DNA of 44,109 bases from Octopus bimaculoides (GCF_001194135.2 NC_068982.1:13649361-13693469); one strand, 5' to 3'; positions 22,520 to 34,322 are shown, counted from the first letter of the stretch. The notes: generated by a model from the sequence alone, not told the origin. Made by a program: numbers and translations.

Positions 22520-22698
22520 TTTTTGAGGTCAATGACAAAAAAGGATGATAACATGCAAAAAATTGAAAGTCTTGAAATTTTAAAACTTAACTGTATCAAA
22601 CTACCTGTTTTCATGATACTTCAGCGTCCCTTTGCAGTTCCTTTCAAATCGCTTCGAGGTCCCCTAGGGGACTGCAGACCTCACTTTGAGAATCACTG
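22520..22698. mobile_element. hAT-type MITE fragment
   Basis: Right terminus tttgagaatcactg, a degenerate reverse complement of cagtggttctcaaa. The left boundary is uncertain. Confidence 0.35.
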
Positions 22699-23821
22699 CT
22701 TTAGAGTCTTATGCTTTAATCCAGTATGAACCAAGAACATTAAAAAGCTCATCAGAAATAAATTTTTGGTGATGAATATACAATATTAGTATAATCTACT
22801 ATAATACATTATATTATATGCAATATTTTATAAAGAAATATGAGGAACAATTGCAAATATATTTTTATCATACGATCTCCTCTGTGAACTATGGACTTCA
22901 TCAAATATGCCAAAGAAATGAGGAAAAAATTGTTAAGTAAATGTACAGAATTGTACAATTGTTCTCAAAGGAAATCAGAGTTGTATAGAAATTCAGAGAT
23001 GCTATTCATATGAAAAATAATGCATAATTTGATGTTAGCATATCTTTTTTGGTTGGGGTCACTAAAAAGCTAAGCAGAAATATATATGTCATGAGAAAAA
23101 GTATATATTAGTCAATGAGTAATATTGTTTCTAATTTTTTTTCTTCCATCAAGTACAAGAGATAACGTGAGACAGATTCTAAGAAGACTTGTTATCAATA
23201 TGTTCAATTTCCTCAAACTTATGTGACTACAACTTTGCCTCTTGTCCTATCTTTCCTCTTTTGTAACACTTATCATTAATAAATTTGTTTCACTTTTACC
23301 ATTGTTCTGATATTGAATTATTTCCACCTTTGATATAAACTTGTTGAACAAATTTAGCTGTCCATGGACATACTATGAATATAACTATCTATAACACATT
23401 GCTAGGCATTGCCTTTGTTAATTAAAATAGGTTTCTAAGCCATCAATCATGTTATGAATCTTCCCTGGTATAGAACGAAGAGAGAAATCTCAAATAATTT
23501 AAAATTTATGGACTGTTTACCTATTCTTTCATGTTTCTATGTTCTACATGAATTTTGAGTGTATCTACAAATTATAGATTCTTTTAGCAATAACTCATTT
23601 CACATATTTAGATATGGGAGGTACTTGGTACTATCATTCAACACAATTCTTTTGTATTCTACTTTTGCAAGTCAGTAAATAAATTACTTCAGCTCTGTAA
23701 TATATTACAACTCTTTTAACAAGACATTCAGTGTCAAATCTTAATCTTTGTTCCAACTTTCTTCAAAAGTCAGACAAAAAGACATTCTTCTTTTCATATA
23801 TTTCAAAGTTATAATTCTTAC

Positions 23822-23893
23822 CACAAACACTGTTTCGAAACAGATCCAACCTCTTTAGGAGCAGATTTAAGATAATTTTTTTTCAAATCCCAG
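23822..23893 (-). CDS. Candidate 72-nt exon, (x)WDLKKNYLKSAPKEVGSVSKQCL(x)
   Basis: Donor GTG|gtaaga is strong and the acceptor tttagtaaactag is weak. An open frame exists and is phase-compatible with 27389-27452. Confidence 0.2.
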
Positions 23894-24206
23894 CTAGTTT
23901 ACTAAATATTGGCATAAAATAAACCAATTTAACAATTAAATTGATAAAGGGAATAAAAATAAAATTCCCATATCGGCACTTCAGGCAGTTAGAAGTTCAA
24001 GTTTGTCTTCCTTTCTTTTAAAGACACCCGTTATCCTTTCTTTTATGCTTCCTGGTTTCGGTCATTATTCTGCAGCCAAGCAGTGAGAGTGAGCTCTGTG
24101 TTTGAGAATGTTTTGTCTGATATTTCATTGATCTATATTTTATTGAATAGTAAAGTCACCTCTTGTTACTGTACCATTATTCTAACTAATGGCATTATAT
24201 CAAATA

Positions 24207-24425
24207 CAAGGCAGCAAGTTGGCCGAATTGTTAGTACACCAGGTGAAATGCTTTGCGACATTTCATCGGTCTTTATGTTCTGAGTTCAAATTCTGTTGAA
24301 TTTGGTTTTGGCTTTCAACCTGTAAGAGTCGATAAAATAAGTACCAGTTGAGCACTGGGGTTGATATGATCAATTTATGTCTTCAACTGAGCCTGTTGGT
24401 CTGTACCAAAACTTGAAACCATTAT
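24207..24425 (+). mobile_element. SINE family B monomer
   Basis: aaggcagcaagttggccgaattgttag...ttatgttctgagttcaaattc...gtcgataaaataagtaccagttgagcactgggg. Confidence 0.85.
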
Positions 24426-24477
24426 ATCAGACCTATGAACAAAAACACCGAGACACACAATCACACAAATTACATTG

Positions 24478-24773
24478 AGTGGCTGGGTGGTAAGTAGCTT
24501 GCTTACAAACCACACGGTTCTGGGTTCAGTCCTACTGCATGGCACCTTGGGCAAGTGTCTTCTACTATAGCCTCGGGCCGACCAAAGCCTTGTGAGTGGA
24601 TTTGGTAGATGGAAACTGAAAGAAGCCTNNNNNNNNNNNNNNNNNNNNNNNNNNNNNNNNNNNNNNNNNNNNNNNNNNNNNNNNNNNNNNNNNNNNNNNN
24701 NNNNNNNNNNNNNNNNNNNNNNNNNNNNNNNNNNNNNNNNNNNNNNNNNNNNNNNNNNNNNNNNNNNNNNNNN

Positions 24774-24804
<31 letters not shown>

Positions 24805-25027
24805 TGTATGTATGTATGTATGTATATGTTTGTGTATCTGTGTTTTTCCCCCCAACATCGCTTGACAACCGATGCTGGTGTGTTTACATCCCCGCCACTT
24901 AGCGGTCGGTTCGTCAAGAGAGACCGATAGAATAAGTACTAGGCTTACAAAGAATAAGTCCTGGGGTCGATTTGCTCGGCTAAAGGCAGTGCTCCAGCAT
25001 GGCTGCAATCAAATGACTGAAACAAAT
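24478..25027 (+). mobile_element. SINE family C, full length, with gap in the central microsatellite
   Basis: gagtggctgggtggtaagtagcttgcttac...aatgactgaaacaaata. Confidence 0.9.
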
Positions 25028-25370
25028 AGGAAAAAAAATTCATCTAAATATTCTCTATTTTTCATGTAGCATCATATTTCACATTTAAAAGTCCAATTTT
25101 ATATTAAAATATTTTTGATTCCCACATAAACATGTAGTTATGCATGTTTGACAGATATGTTAACAGCAATAGGTAAGCCAATAAATTATATTCCTACGCA
25201 TGGCTAAATGGTTGGGAATTTGAATTTTGGATTCCAGTAACATGGTTTTCAATTCAGTCCCATTGCATGGCAGCTTGGGCAAGTTTCTTCTATTACAGTG
25301 CTGGGCTGAACAAAATCATGTGAATGGATCAGGCAGACAGACACTGAAAGGAGTCCATAATTTATATATG

Positions 25371-25406
<36 letters not shown>

Positions 25407-26465
25407 CCACCCTCAGCCTAACCCACACTCCACCCATGCCTTCCCCACCTCCCAACACCCTCACATCACACCACACCAATACCCTCGCATCACACCATGC
25501 ACACACTACAACTGACCAACNNNNNNNNNNNNNNNNNNNNNNNNNNNNNNNNNNNNNNNNNNNNNNNNNNNNNNNNNNNNNNNNNNNNNNNNNNNNNNNN
25601 NNNNNNNNNNNNNNNNNNNNNNNNNNNNNNNNNNNNNNNNNNNNNNNNNNNNNNNNNNNNNNNNNNNNNNNNNNNNNNNNNNNNNNNNNNNNNNNNNNNN
25701 NNNNNNNNNNNNNNNNNNNNNNNNNNNNNNNNNNNNNNNNNNNNNNNNNNNNGTTATCTCCCCCTTTCTTAGCTCTCCTGAAAAAAGAATTTCTAGCTTC
25801 CGGTCAGCCATTGTTATGATCGGCCATTATTATGATTGACCGTTGATTGAACACTATTCAATTTTTTTTCTCCATGTTTTTCTCCTTGTCTCCGTATTCT
25901 TTCTGTTGAAGAGCGTAGCTCGAAACGTCAAAGACTTTCCGTATTCCCGAGCGTCATACTCATATATCCTTTTGTTATTTACACCACCTGTCCTCGTCTG
26001 TTGTTATTATTTGTATATTCTCCCATATATGTATATGTGAATGTGTGTGTTTGTTCCTCCTTGTCTCGACATTGTGCAACAGCTGTAAATGAGTATCACT
26101 GTCATACAAGCAACTCTAAAGGGACAGAGTTGATTGTATCACATCCCGGTACTAGACAAGAGTTTTATTTTCTTGCCCTGTCAGAAGAATGAAAGGCAAA
26201 GTTGAGGTGTGTAGTATTAGAATGCCAAGAGTCAGAGAAAGATAACACACAAGCCATTTCGTTTGATGTTCTAATGACTCGACTTATCTCTCAACCAATA
26301 ATTAAAAGCTCTGAGGTTCTCACATAAACCTCCAACTATCTTAGAAATAACAATGGCAGAATAATATCGTTTATCTTTTATCTTTTGCTGGTTTCAGCCA
26401 GAGGCTGGGGCCATACTGGAGCACTGCCTTTCAGTGTGTTTCAGTTTCTTTTCTGTACTGTTTCT

Positions 26466-26700
26466 TTCTTATTTCTTTATTGCCCACAAGGGGCTAAACA
26501 TAGAGGGGACAAACAAGGACAGACAGAGGGATTAAGTCGATTATATCGACCCCAGTGCGTAACTGGTACTTAATTTATGAAAGGCATGAAAGGATGAAAA
26601 GCAAAGTCGACCTTGGCGGAACTTGAACTCAGAACGTAACAGCAGATGAAATACCGCTAAGCATTGTCCCCGGCGTGCTAACGTTTCTGGCAGCTCGCCT
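26466..26700 (-). mobile_element. SINE family B, full length with TSD
   Basis: 18-bp TSD cttttctgta(c/t)tgtttct at 26448-26465 and 26701-26718. Confidence 0.9.
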
Positions 26701-26719
26701 CTTTTCTGTATTGTTTCTC

Positions 26720-27200
26720 ATGAAGTAGCAAGCTAGATGGAGCTGCTCTTCTTTGTGCCTCCTACTGCGATGTGGGTTCATCTGGTATCTCAGATAAAAA
26801 TTTATCCAGACGCTCTTTGAAAATCTCTACTTCCATGCTTTGCAAATCTCTGAGGTTGTTTGGTAGAATGTTGAACTGATGTGGATTCTTGAAATCCAAG
26901 CTGTTACAGTACTGGTTGCTCCTGGAAAAGATAGGATCTTTGGTACTGTGCAATGCCATCCAGTTCAACAGTTGGCATAACTTTCAATTTCGAAGTTGGT
27001 AGCTAGGCCTTCCAGGATTTTCTATACATATGTTACTGTATATTTTTCATGACTTCTCTCTAGAGAGTAGAGCTTCAGTTCCTTTAGCCTCTCCCAGGGG
27101 CTCATCTACTTCACTGAATCAATCTACTTTGTGTAGTAGTATTTAAATCAAGTTCCACCATCAGCTTGATGATCTGGTACTTAGTCAACAGAAAGACCCT
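26720..27200 (-). mobile_element. 3' fragment of a CR1/L2-like LINE (ORF2 C-terminus)
   Basis: Minus-strand SPWERLKELKLYSLERSHEKYTVTYV*KILEGL and then NSLDFKNPHQFNILPNNLRDLQSMEVEIFKERLDKFLSEIPDEPT (ORF 26762..26968). This is the typical post-RT tail of CR1/L2-group elements. Confidence 0.85.
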
Positions 27201-27388
27201 CAGATACCACATAATAAACTTGATATTGTTTCCCATGACAGAAATGGTAAAAGTGTGATGATTAACATAGCAATATCAGATTAAAAACTTAGCTGAATGC
27301 TGTGGAATTATACCAACTTTGCTATTTAATTAGAAAATATTACAGTATTTATTAAATGTGTTTATCACCCTATTGTATTTAGCGTTAC

Positions 27389-27452
27389 CTTAAGGGATAC
27401 ACAGCTATTTTTGTGAAGATTATCAACCTGTATGACTGGACATATGCACATT
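27389..27452 (-). CDS. Candidate 64-nt exon with two open frames (CAYVQSYRLIIFTKIAVYPL or MCICPVIQVDNLHKNSCVSLK)
   Basis: Acceptor ttacaatgtttcag and donor AAG|gtaacg. Confidence 0.22.
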
Positions 27453-27932
27453 CTGAAACATTGTAATTATAGGATCTGTAAATATCACCAGGGCATTATA
27501 ATATAATAGTTATTGACATTGTTAGCCTTTGACATCTTTGTCAATTGGTCCTTAATTTTTAAGTACATTTTATACATAAATATTTTGAGAAAGGAGACTC
27601 TTGATATCATTCTCAAACCATGAAAAAAAAACTAAAAATAAACCAGCAAAAATGAAGAAGAAACCAAGATTTTTTTGCTTTTTTTTTTTTTGCTTTAAGA
27701 AGATAAAGTTTTTTTTATGATGTGTGACAAGAATGATAATCAGCTGTGGAGACATCAAATCATTTAGAAAATTAATTTATTTGGAGACACCTGTCTGTAA
27801 AGAATATAGAATAGGAAATATGAGATTTTTGTTATAATTTTTAAATTGGAAAGTTCCTAAAATGTAATTAGGAGAATTTGTTGGCACAAGGTATTTATTG
27901 TTGCGATTTCCTCCTGCCAATAATAATAATAA

Positions 27933-28130
27933 TCATCATCATCATCATCATCATCGTTTAACGTCCGCTTTCCATGCTAGCATGGGTTGGACGATTTGAC
28001 TGAGGACTGGTGCAACCGGATGGCTACACCAGGCTCCAATCTAATTTGGCAGAGTTTCTACAGCTGGATGCCCTTCCTAACGCCAACCACTCAGAGAGTG
28101 TAGTGGGTGCTTTTACGTGTCACCCGCACG
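27933..28130 (-). mobile_element. Young 5'-truncated family D retroposon with (GAT)n tail
   Basis: (cat)n-cgtttaacgtccgctttccatgctagcatgggttggacg... Two mismatches in about 180 bp versus 43881-44059. Confidence 0.9.
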
Positions 28131-28261
28131 TTTATGATAATAATACAGTTGTAGTGTTTATTATCTGCTAAGATAACAGAAGCTAGAAATATGTCACATT
28201 TCAGAATACAACATCATTATAATATTCTTATAATCTTATAAGGTTTGGTCTTATAATCCTA

Positions 28262-28470
28262 TAAGTTGGCAGAATTGTTAACATACCAGGCAAGATGCTC
28301 AAAGGCATCTTGTCTCTTTATTTTCTGAGTTCAAATTCTGCCAAGTTCAACTTTATCTTTCATCCTTTTGAGGTCAACAAAATAAGTACCAGTTAAGCAC
28401 TGGAGTCAATGTAATCAGAATATCCCTCCGCCAATATTGCCAGCCTTGTGCCAAAAATTGAAACCAATAT
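28262..28470 (+). mobile_element. SINE family B monomer
   Basis: taagttggcagaattgttaac...ttctgagttcaaattctgcc...ctttcatccttttgaggtcaac...gccttgtgccaaaaattgaaacc. Confidence 0.85.
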
Positions 28471-29237
28471 TCTTATAATCTTTAACAGATTTAAGTCACT
28501 GGATTTCTACCATGCTGGGGCATCATCATCGACGCTTGTTTTATTAATTTTGAAAAGAGTGACAATAAATTTAATTTTAGCTCAAAGGGCCACAGCTTGA
28601 AAGAAACTAAATACACGAAGGTATGTTTGTTTCAAACCCAAGTTTCATTCAGATCACAAACACACACTCATCCAAATATGCAATAGACTTCTCGATAGAT
28701 CCATCTACCAAATTTCACTCACTGTTTCAGTCGCTCAAAGGCTACGGTACAATACAGCTGCCCAGGGTTTTGAATAAAATGGCCAAACCCAGAGGCATAT
28801 GGTTACAAAGTGAACTTTTTAACATCTCAAACATACCAAGTTATTTATTCCTATTTTATTGATGTGATCAAATGTTAAACAAAATCTCATCCTGTTATAC
28901 TTTTATTGGTTTCAGTCATTGGAGAATGGCCATGCTGGAGTACTGTCTTTAAGTATTTTATTTCTGCCTCATCAATGCAAACTAATACAGATATGGTCTT
29001 TTATACACACACACACACACTCATTATGGATTTCCGAATAGCTTTTGTCTACCAAATTCTACTCAAGTTATTGGTCAACCAAAGTGTTAGTAAAAGATAC
29101 TAACCCAAGGAGCCATGCAACAGGTTCAAACATGGAATTATGGTATCTCATGCATTTTGTAATCAATAAAATTGTTGATTTAAGGTTCAACCAGCCCACC
29201 AACTCAACCACATATTTACAAACACCAGGAACTCTCA

Positions 29238-29735
29238 TCCTCATCATCATCATCATTTAACGTCTGTTTTCCCTGATGGCATGGGCTGGATGGTTTGACT
29301 GAGGTTTGGAGAGCCAGAGGCTGCACCAGGCCCCAATCTGATCTGGCAATGTTTCTACAGCCGAATACCCTTCCTAATGCCAACCACTCCGAGAGTGTAG
29401 TGGGTGCTTTTTTATGTGTCACCAGCACAGGTACCAGTCAGGCGGGTCTGGCATCAATCACGTTTGGATGGTTCTTTTTACATGACACTGGTGCGGGAGC
29501 CAATCAGGGGGCACTGGCATCAGCCACATTTGGATGGTGCATTTTACATGCCACCCACACAGGTACCAGTCAGGTGGGCCTGGCATCAACTATGTTCGGA
29601 TAGTGCTTTTTACGTGTCACCAGCTTGGGAACCAGTCAGGGAGCACTGGCTTCGGCCACATTCGAATGGTGCTTTTTACATACCACCGGCAAGGGAACCA
29701 CTCGGGGGGGGTACTGGCACCAGCCACAACTCAAA
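29238..29735 (-). mobile_element. Family D retroposon carrying an internal 66-bp tandem array
   Basis: Tail and body as at 27933-28130. Units start at 29404, 29471, 29537, 29603 and 29669. Confidence 0.85.
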
Positions 29736-29827
29736 AAAATGTTGTTGTTTTGTTAGTAACTGGTTTGAACTCTCTCAATAAGAACTTAAATAAACCTCCT
29801 ACATACATGTAATGGACTGCTGCACAG

Positions 29828-29986
29828 CTTCTGTCAAACTAATTTCATTCTCAAAATATTATTTGAGCCATGGCCATAGTAGAACAGACTTACCCGAGGT
29901 GCCTCACAGAGATTTCCAATCTAGAAATATGTGGTTGTGGAGAAAACTTCTTAATTACACAGACAAACCTGAACTCAAACATCAAA
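29828..29986. repeat. 159-bp local direct duplication, copy 1 (copy 2 at 31043-31201)
   Basis: cttctgtcaa...atattatttgagccatggccatagtagaacagacttacc...gaactcaa(a/g)catcaaa. About 90% identical by eye. Includes a decayed SINE C head plus flanking DNA. Confidence 0.9.
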
Positions 29987-31042
29987 ATATGAAGTTAATC
30001 ATTTATAGCAATATACCTCTAAAAAGACATCGAATAAATTAATCGAATAAAACAAAATATTAGGTGTGGCATTTGAACTTACAACATATATCTTCAATTG
30101 CCTATTCAATTATAACCATAATTCTTGTTTTTCTTTTCATCGTAGCTTATCACACAGTAATTGAACATAAACATTAAATTATTTATGATAATTATATTTT
30201 CATGAAAAATCAAAGGTTTATAACAGAAACAATGACAATTCATTATCTTTGGTCGTTATTTCTGTAAAGCTCTAAATTAAATATCCAAAATGATTGAAAT
30301 GAAACTAATCTAAAGACATATATAATTACAAATGGGTGTATTTGTTGAAAATATTCAAGTGGTATCTGATTTCCAAGATTTCATACAACTTATATTTAAT
30401 AGAGAAGAATGAAAACCAAGTGCTAACAACATTGATAATTAAAGATGTTTGAAAAATATTGTGTGAAAGAAACAGAATTCCAAATATTGAAAAGCAATTA
30501 CCATTTTTTATTTTACTCAATTAATTTAGTTTTGACATTTATTACAAAAAACATATTCATATTTTATTCATAAGGATTTTAATTTGATGAACAGTTTCTT
30601 GTTATTATTTTAAAGAATTGACTTCTTGATAAAATCACAAACAGTAAACATTTTGTTTAATTTTTCATTGCAAGATTGCTATCCTTAATCTGTGTATTTT
30701 GATATGAAAGATTCAATATTTACAGATAGAAAGTAATTAATATAATAGCTTGATTATTAATAACTATGTACAAGAGAAGAATTTATATTTCTTTATAAAT
30801 ATTGAAGAAAGAAAGTCACAATTGATAAGCATTAACGATTAAACGAAAATACATTCATTTCATTCTTCTTAATAGTCTTAGATGAATATGGATAAAGCAG
30901 ATATTATATAAAGTGAACATCCTACATTCTCTCTAAGCTGTACATCTGCCCAGGTACATGCATAGTTCACAACCACAACTCAGAAGAGATCAATTTAAAC
31001 ACCAGAAATGAATGTGTACACAAAAGATAAGTCACAGTTTAT

Positions 31043-31201
31043 CTTCTGTCAAGTGAATTTCATTCATAAAATATTATTTGAGCCATGGCCATAGTAGAAC
31101 AGACTTACCTGAGGTGCTGCACAGGGATTTCCAATCTAGAAATACGTGGTTATGAAGAAAACTTCTTAATTACACAGACAAACCCGAACTCAAGCATCAA
31201 A
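31043..31201. repeat. 159-bp local direct duplication, copy 2
   Basis: See 29828-29986. Confidence 0.9.
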
Positions 31202-31366
31202 GATAAACTGGCTGTATGGTAAGAAGTTTGCTTCCCAACCATAGGGTTCCAGATTCCACTTTGGGTAAGTGTCTTCTTCTATAGCCTCAGCCAAACAAAG
31301 CTTTGTGATTGAAGTTGGTAGATGGAAACCGAAAGAAGCCCTTCATATCTATATGTATGCATGTGC

Positions 31367-31762
31367 AGGAGTGGCTGTGTGGTGAGTAGCTTGCTTACCG
31401 ACCACATGGTTCTGGGTTCAGTTCCACTGCGTAGTACCTTGGGCAAGTGTCTTCTATTATAGTCTCGGGCCGACCAAAGCCTTGTGAGAGGATTTGGTAG
31501 ATGAAAACTGAAAGAAGCCCATCATATATATGTATATGTATATAAATGTGTGTGCGTGTTTGTCCCCCCAACATCACTTGACAACTGATGCTGGTGTGTT
31601 TACATCCCTGTAACTTAGAGGTTCGGCAAAAGAGACTGATAGAATAAGTACTAGGCTTACAAAGAATAAGTCCTGGGGTCGATTTGCTCGACTAAAGGTG
31701 GTGCTCCAGCATGGCCGCAGTCAAATGACTGAAACAAGTAAAAGAGTAAAGAGTAAAGAGTA
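31367..31762 (+). mobile_element. SINE family C, full length, preceded by a diverged partial copy (about 31205-31345)
   Basis: aggagtggctgtgtggtgagtagc...aaatgactgaaacaagt(aaagagt)n tail. Confidence 0.9.
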
Positions 31763-31848
31763 TAGCTGAGCAGAGACAAATAAAAAAGGGGGCGAAAATA
31801 AAATGAAACTACATAAAATAATTGTTTCTATGTTTTGGTTGTGGTTAG

Positions 31849-31922
31849 ATAAAGGCATTGAATGTCTACAACAGCAGTTAGAATATGTGTCCACCAAGAA
31901 AACTGTAGAGGAAACAAGAAAG
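31849..31922 (+). CDS. Candidate 74-nt exon, (x)KGIECLQQQLEYVSTKKTVEETRK
   Basis: Acceptor tgttttggttgtggttag, donor AAG|gtagca, and a stop-free frame that joins in phase to 34323. Confidence 0.28.
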
Positions 31923-33245
31923 GTAGCACTTAAATGAAACATTCTATGAAGCAAGCGTTTACAGAAGGATCTTCTACATTATAACTCATTCTGTTAGATG
32001 TAACACCAAATCTCTCTCAATATCATTTAAAAAAGGAAAATACTTTGACTAGTGTAGTTTTGGATGCATAACACCTGAACAAAATAAAATGGTCTATTCC
32101 TTAGTCCTTGACTATGTAATAGCCATCACAGCATAGTCTTAGCCTCATGTGTGGAATGCCCCTGCTAATAGTTCTGCTTGATTAATCAGAGCAAATCTAG
32201 GATTAAACTACAATAGGTATTCACCTTCTAAAAGCTTTAACAAATTACATGCAAAAACAAAAATTAGATATCTAAACCTAATACGATTTTACTGTATTGT
32301 GTCCAAACCTCCATCCTCTCCCCCTTCAGGCCCTGAATTAACCCCTACACCAAGTTCTCCCTTTCAAAAACATCAGCTTTTTTGAAATTCCCTCCATGCC
32401 AATGTTTTTTTCCCTGTAGCTGTCAACTTGTAATTTCCAGCTATTCATGTGGAACATTAATTGTGTCGATCTGACTGGTCTCGGAAGACCGGTGAAAGAA
32501 ACGGCTGCAGGTCCTTCCTGCAGACCAAACTAATAAATATAAATGCTCTGGATGAGAAAACATAAACAATCTACCTGTAATAATAGCACATCGACACGGT
32601 TTTCAAAAGTAATCTCTGAAGCTTTCTCACCGAATTAAAAATCTCTCCAATAAAATTGCATGCATAGACACACACACACACAGGTGCATATGTATACATG
32701 CACAGACACACACACACAGACACACAAACACACACATGCAAACATATATGTGTGTGTGTATATATGCATGTGTATACATACATATATGTGTAAGTGTGTT
32801 TATGTATCTCTCTCTCTCTCTCTCTCTCTTTATATATATATATATGTATATATATATATANNNNNNNNNNNNNNNNNNNNNNNNNNNNNNNNNNNNNNNN
32901 NNNNNNNNNNNNNNNNNNNNNNNNNNNNNNNNNNNNNNNNNNNNNNNNNNNNNNNNNNNNNNNNNNNNNNNNNNNNNNNNNNNNNNNNNNNNNNNNNNNN
33001 NNNNNNNNNNNNNNNNNNNNNNNNNNNNNNNNNNNNNNNNNNNNNNNNNNNNNNNNNNNNNNNNNNNNNNNNNNNNNNNNNNNNNNNNNNNNNNNNNNNN
33101 NNNNNNNNNNNNNNNNNNNNNNNNNNNNNNNNNNNNNNNNNNNNNNNNNNNNNNNNNNNNNNNNNNNNNNNNNNNNNNNNNNNNNNNNNNNNNNNNNNNN
33201 NNNNNNNNNNNNNNNNNNNNNNNNNNNNNNNNNNNNNNNNNNNNN

Positions 33246-33296
<51 letters not shown>

Positions 33297-33677
33297 GTAT
33301 GTGTGTGTATGGCTATATGTTCTGCGCAATTATGGGAAGTCTTAGTTGAATGAAATGGGGTTCCCTCTAGAGATCAGAATAGAATAACTGAATGATTTTT
33401 CTGCAGAAGTGAATTATAAAAGTTGGGAATTACTGACATGTGTGGTTCAAGAAGGGAAACAGAAAATGCCATGAAATGAGGTTTCCCCAGTGAACACTTT
33501 TGGTGGAGATTTTTGCAGAATCATTAAAGTATCAGACAAAATGTTTTCTGGTATTTTATTCCAGCCCTTTGCTTTCTGAGTGCAAATCCTTGCCTTCCAC
33601 CTTTCAAGAGTCAATAAAATAAATACTGGTCGAATACCTTAGTCCATTTAGACAACAGATAGGTAAGTGTAGTGAAA

Positions 33678-33993
33678 GTATGTGGTTTAGTGGTTAGTTT
33701 ATTTGGCTCGTGATCACAAGGCTGCAAGTTCGATTCCCAGTGGTGTGTTGTGTCCTTGGGTAAGAGACTTTATTGCATATTTGTTTTGTCTGCTCAACTG
33801 GTAAAAATGAATGAAACCTGTATTTCAAAGGGACAGCCATGTCACATTCTATGTCATTCTGAATCCCACTGAAAACTATGTTAAGAGTACATGTGTCTGT
33901 GGAGTACTCAGCCACTTGCATGTTAACCTCACAAGCAGGCTGTTCTGTTGATCAGATCAACTGGAACCCTTGTTGCTGTTACCGATGGAGTTC
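33678..33993 (+). mobile_element. tRNA-headed SINE sharing its 3' half with family E
   Basis: gtggtttagtggttag...gttcgattccc head. The 3' part cagccacttgcatgttaac...gatcaactggaaccct...gatggagt matches the reverse complement of 8685-8790. Confidence 0.8.
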
Positions 33994-33995
33994 CA

Positions 33996-34313
33996 TGGTT
34001 GTGTGGTGAAAACCATTTATGAGCAATGAAGAAAGTGGATATGATACCAATAGGGATTGGTGTACTTGGAAATACCAGTACCCAACTACCAACATGGCTC
34101 AAAAAGATTGGAATTAATGTACAGCTACAACACCTACAAGAATCATCTTTGCTCGGAAATGCAAGCGTTCTCTGCAGGGTTCTTGAAGTATGATCAGTAA
34201 ACAAGTGTCACCTTAGTCTGCTGGCTCTTGGCAGCTGACACTTTCAATCATACCCAGCAAAATAAAGCTGTGAGTTTTTATGATATAACAACAACGATAA
34301 TAATAATAATAAT
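33996..34313 (+). mobile_element. 3' fragment of an R4/Dong-like RLE non-LTR retrotransposon with (AAT)n tail
   Basis: 33996-34193 translates ...L*AMKKVDMIPIGIGVLGNTSTQLPTWLKKIGINVQLQHLQESSLLGNASVLCRVLEV*, matching the V.P.VIGALG...LQK..LLG.A..LR.VL C-terminal RLE pattern. A short UTR and (aat)n follow. Confidence 0.8.
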
Positions 34314-34322
34314 CTTTCACAG

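Noticed and set aside
29404-29735. Regularly spaced repeats as a CRISPR-like array
   Set aside because: Whole units are homologous with no unique spacers, the context is eukaryotic, and there are no cas genes.
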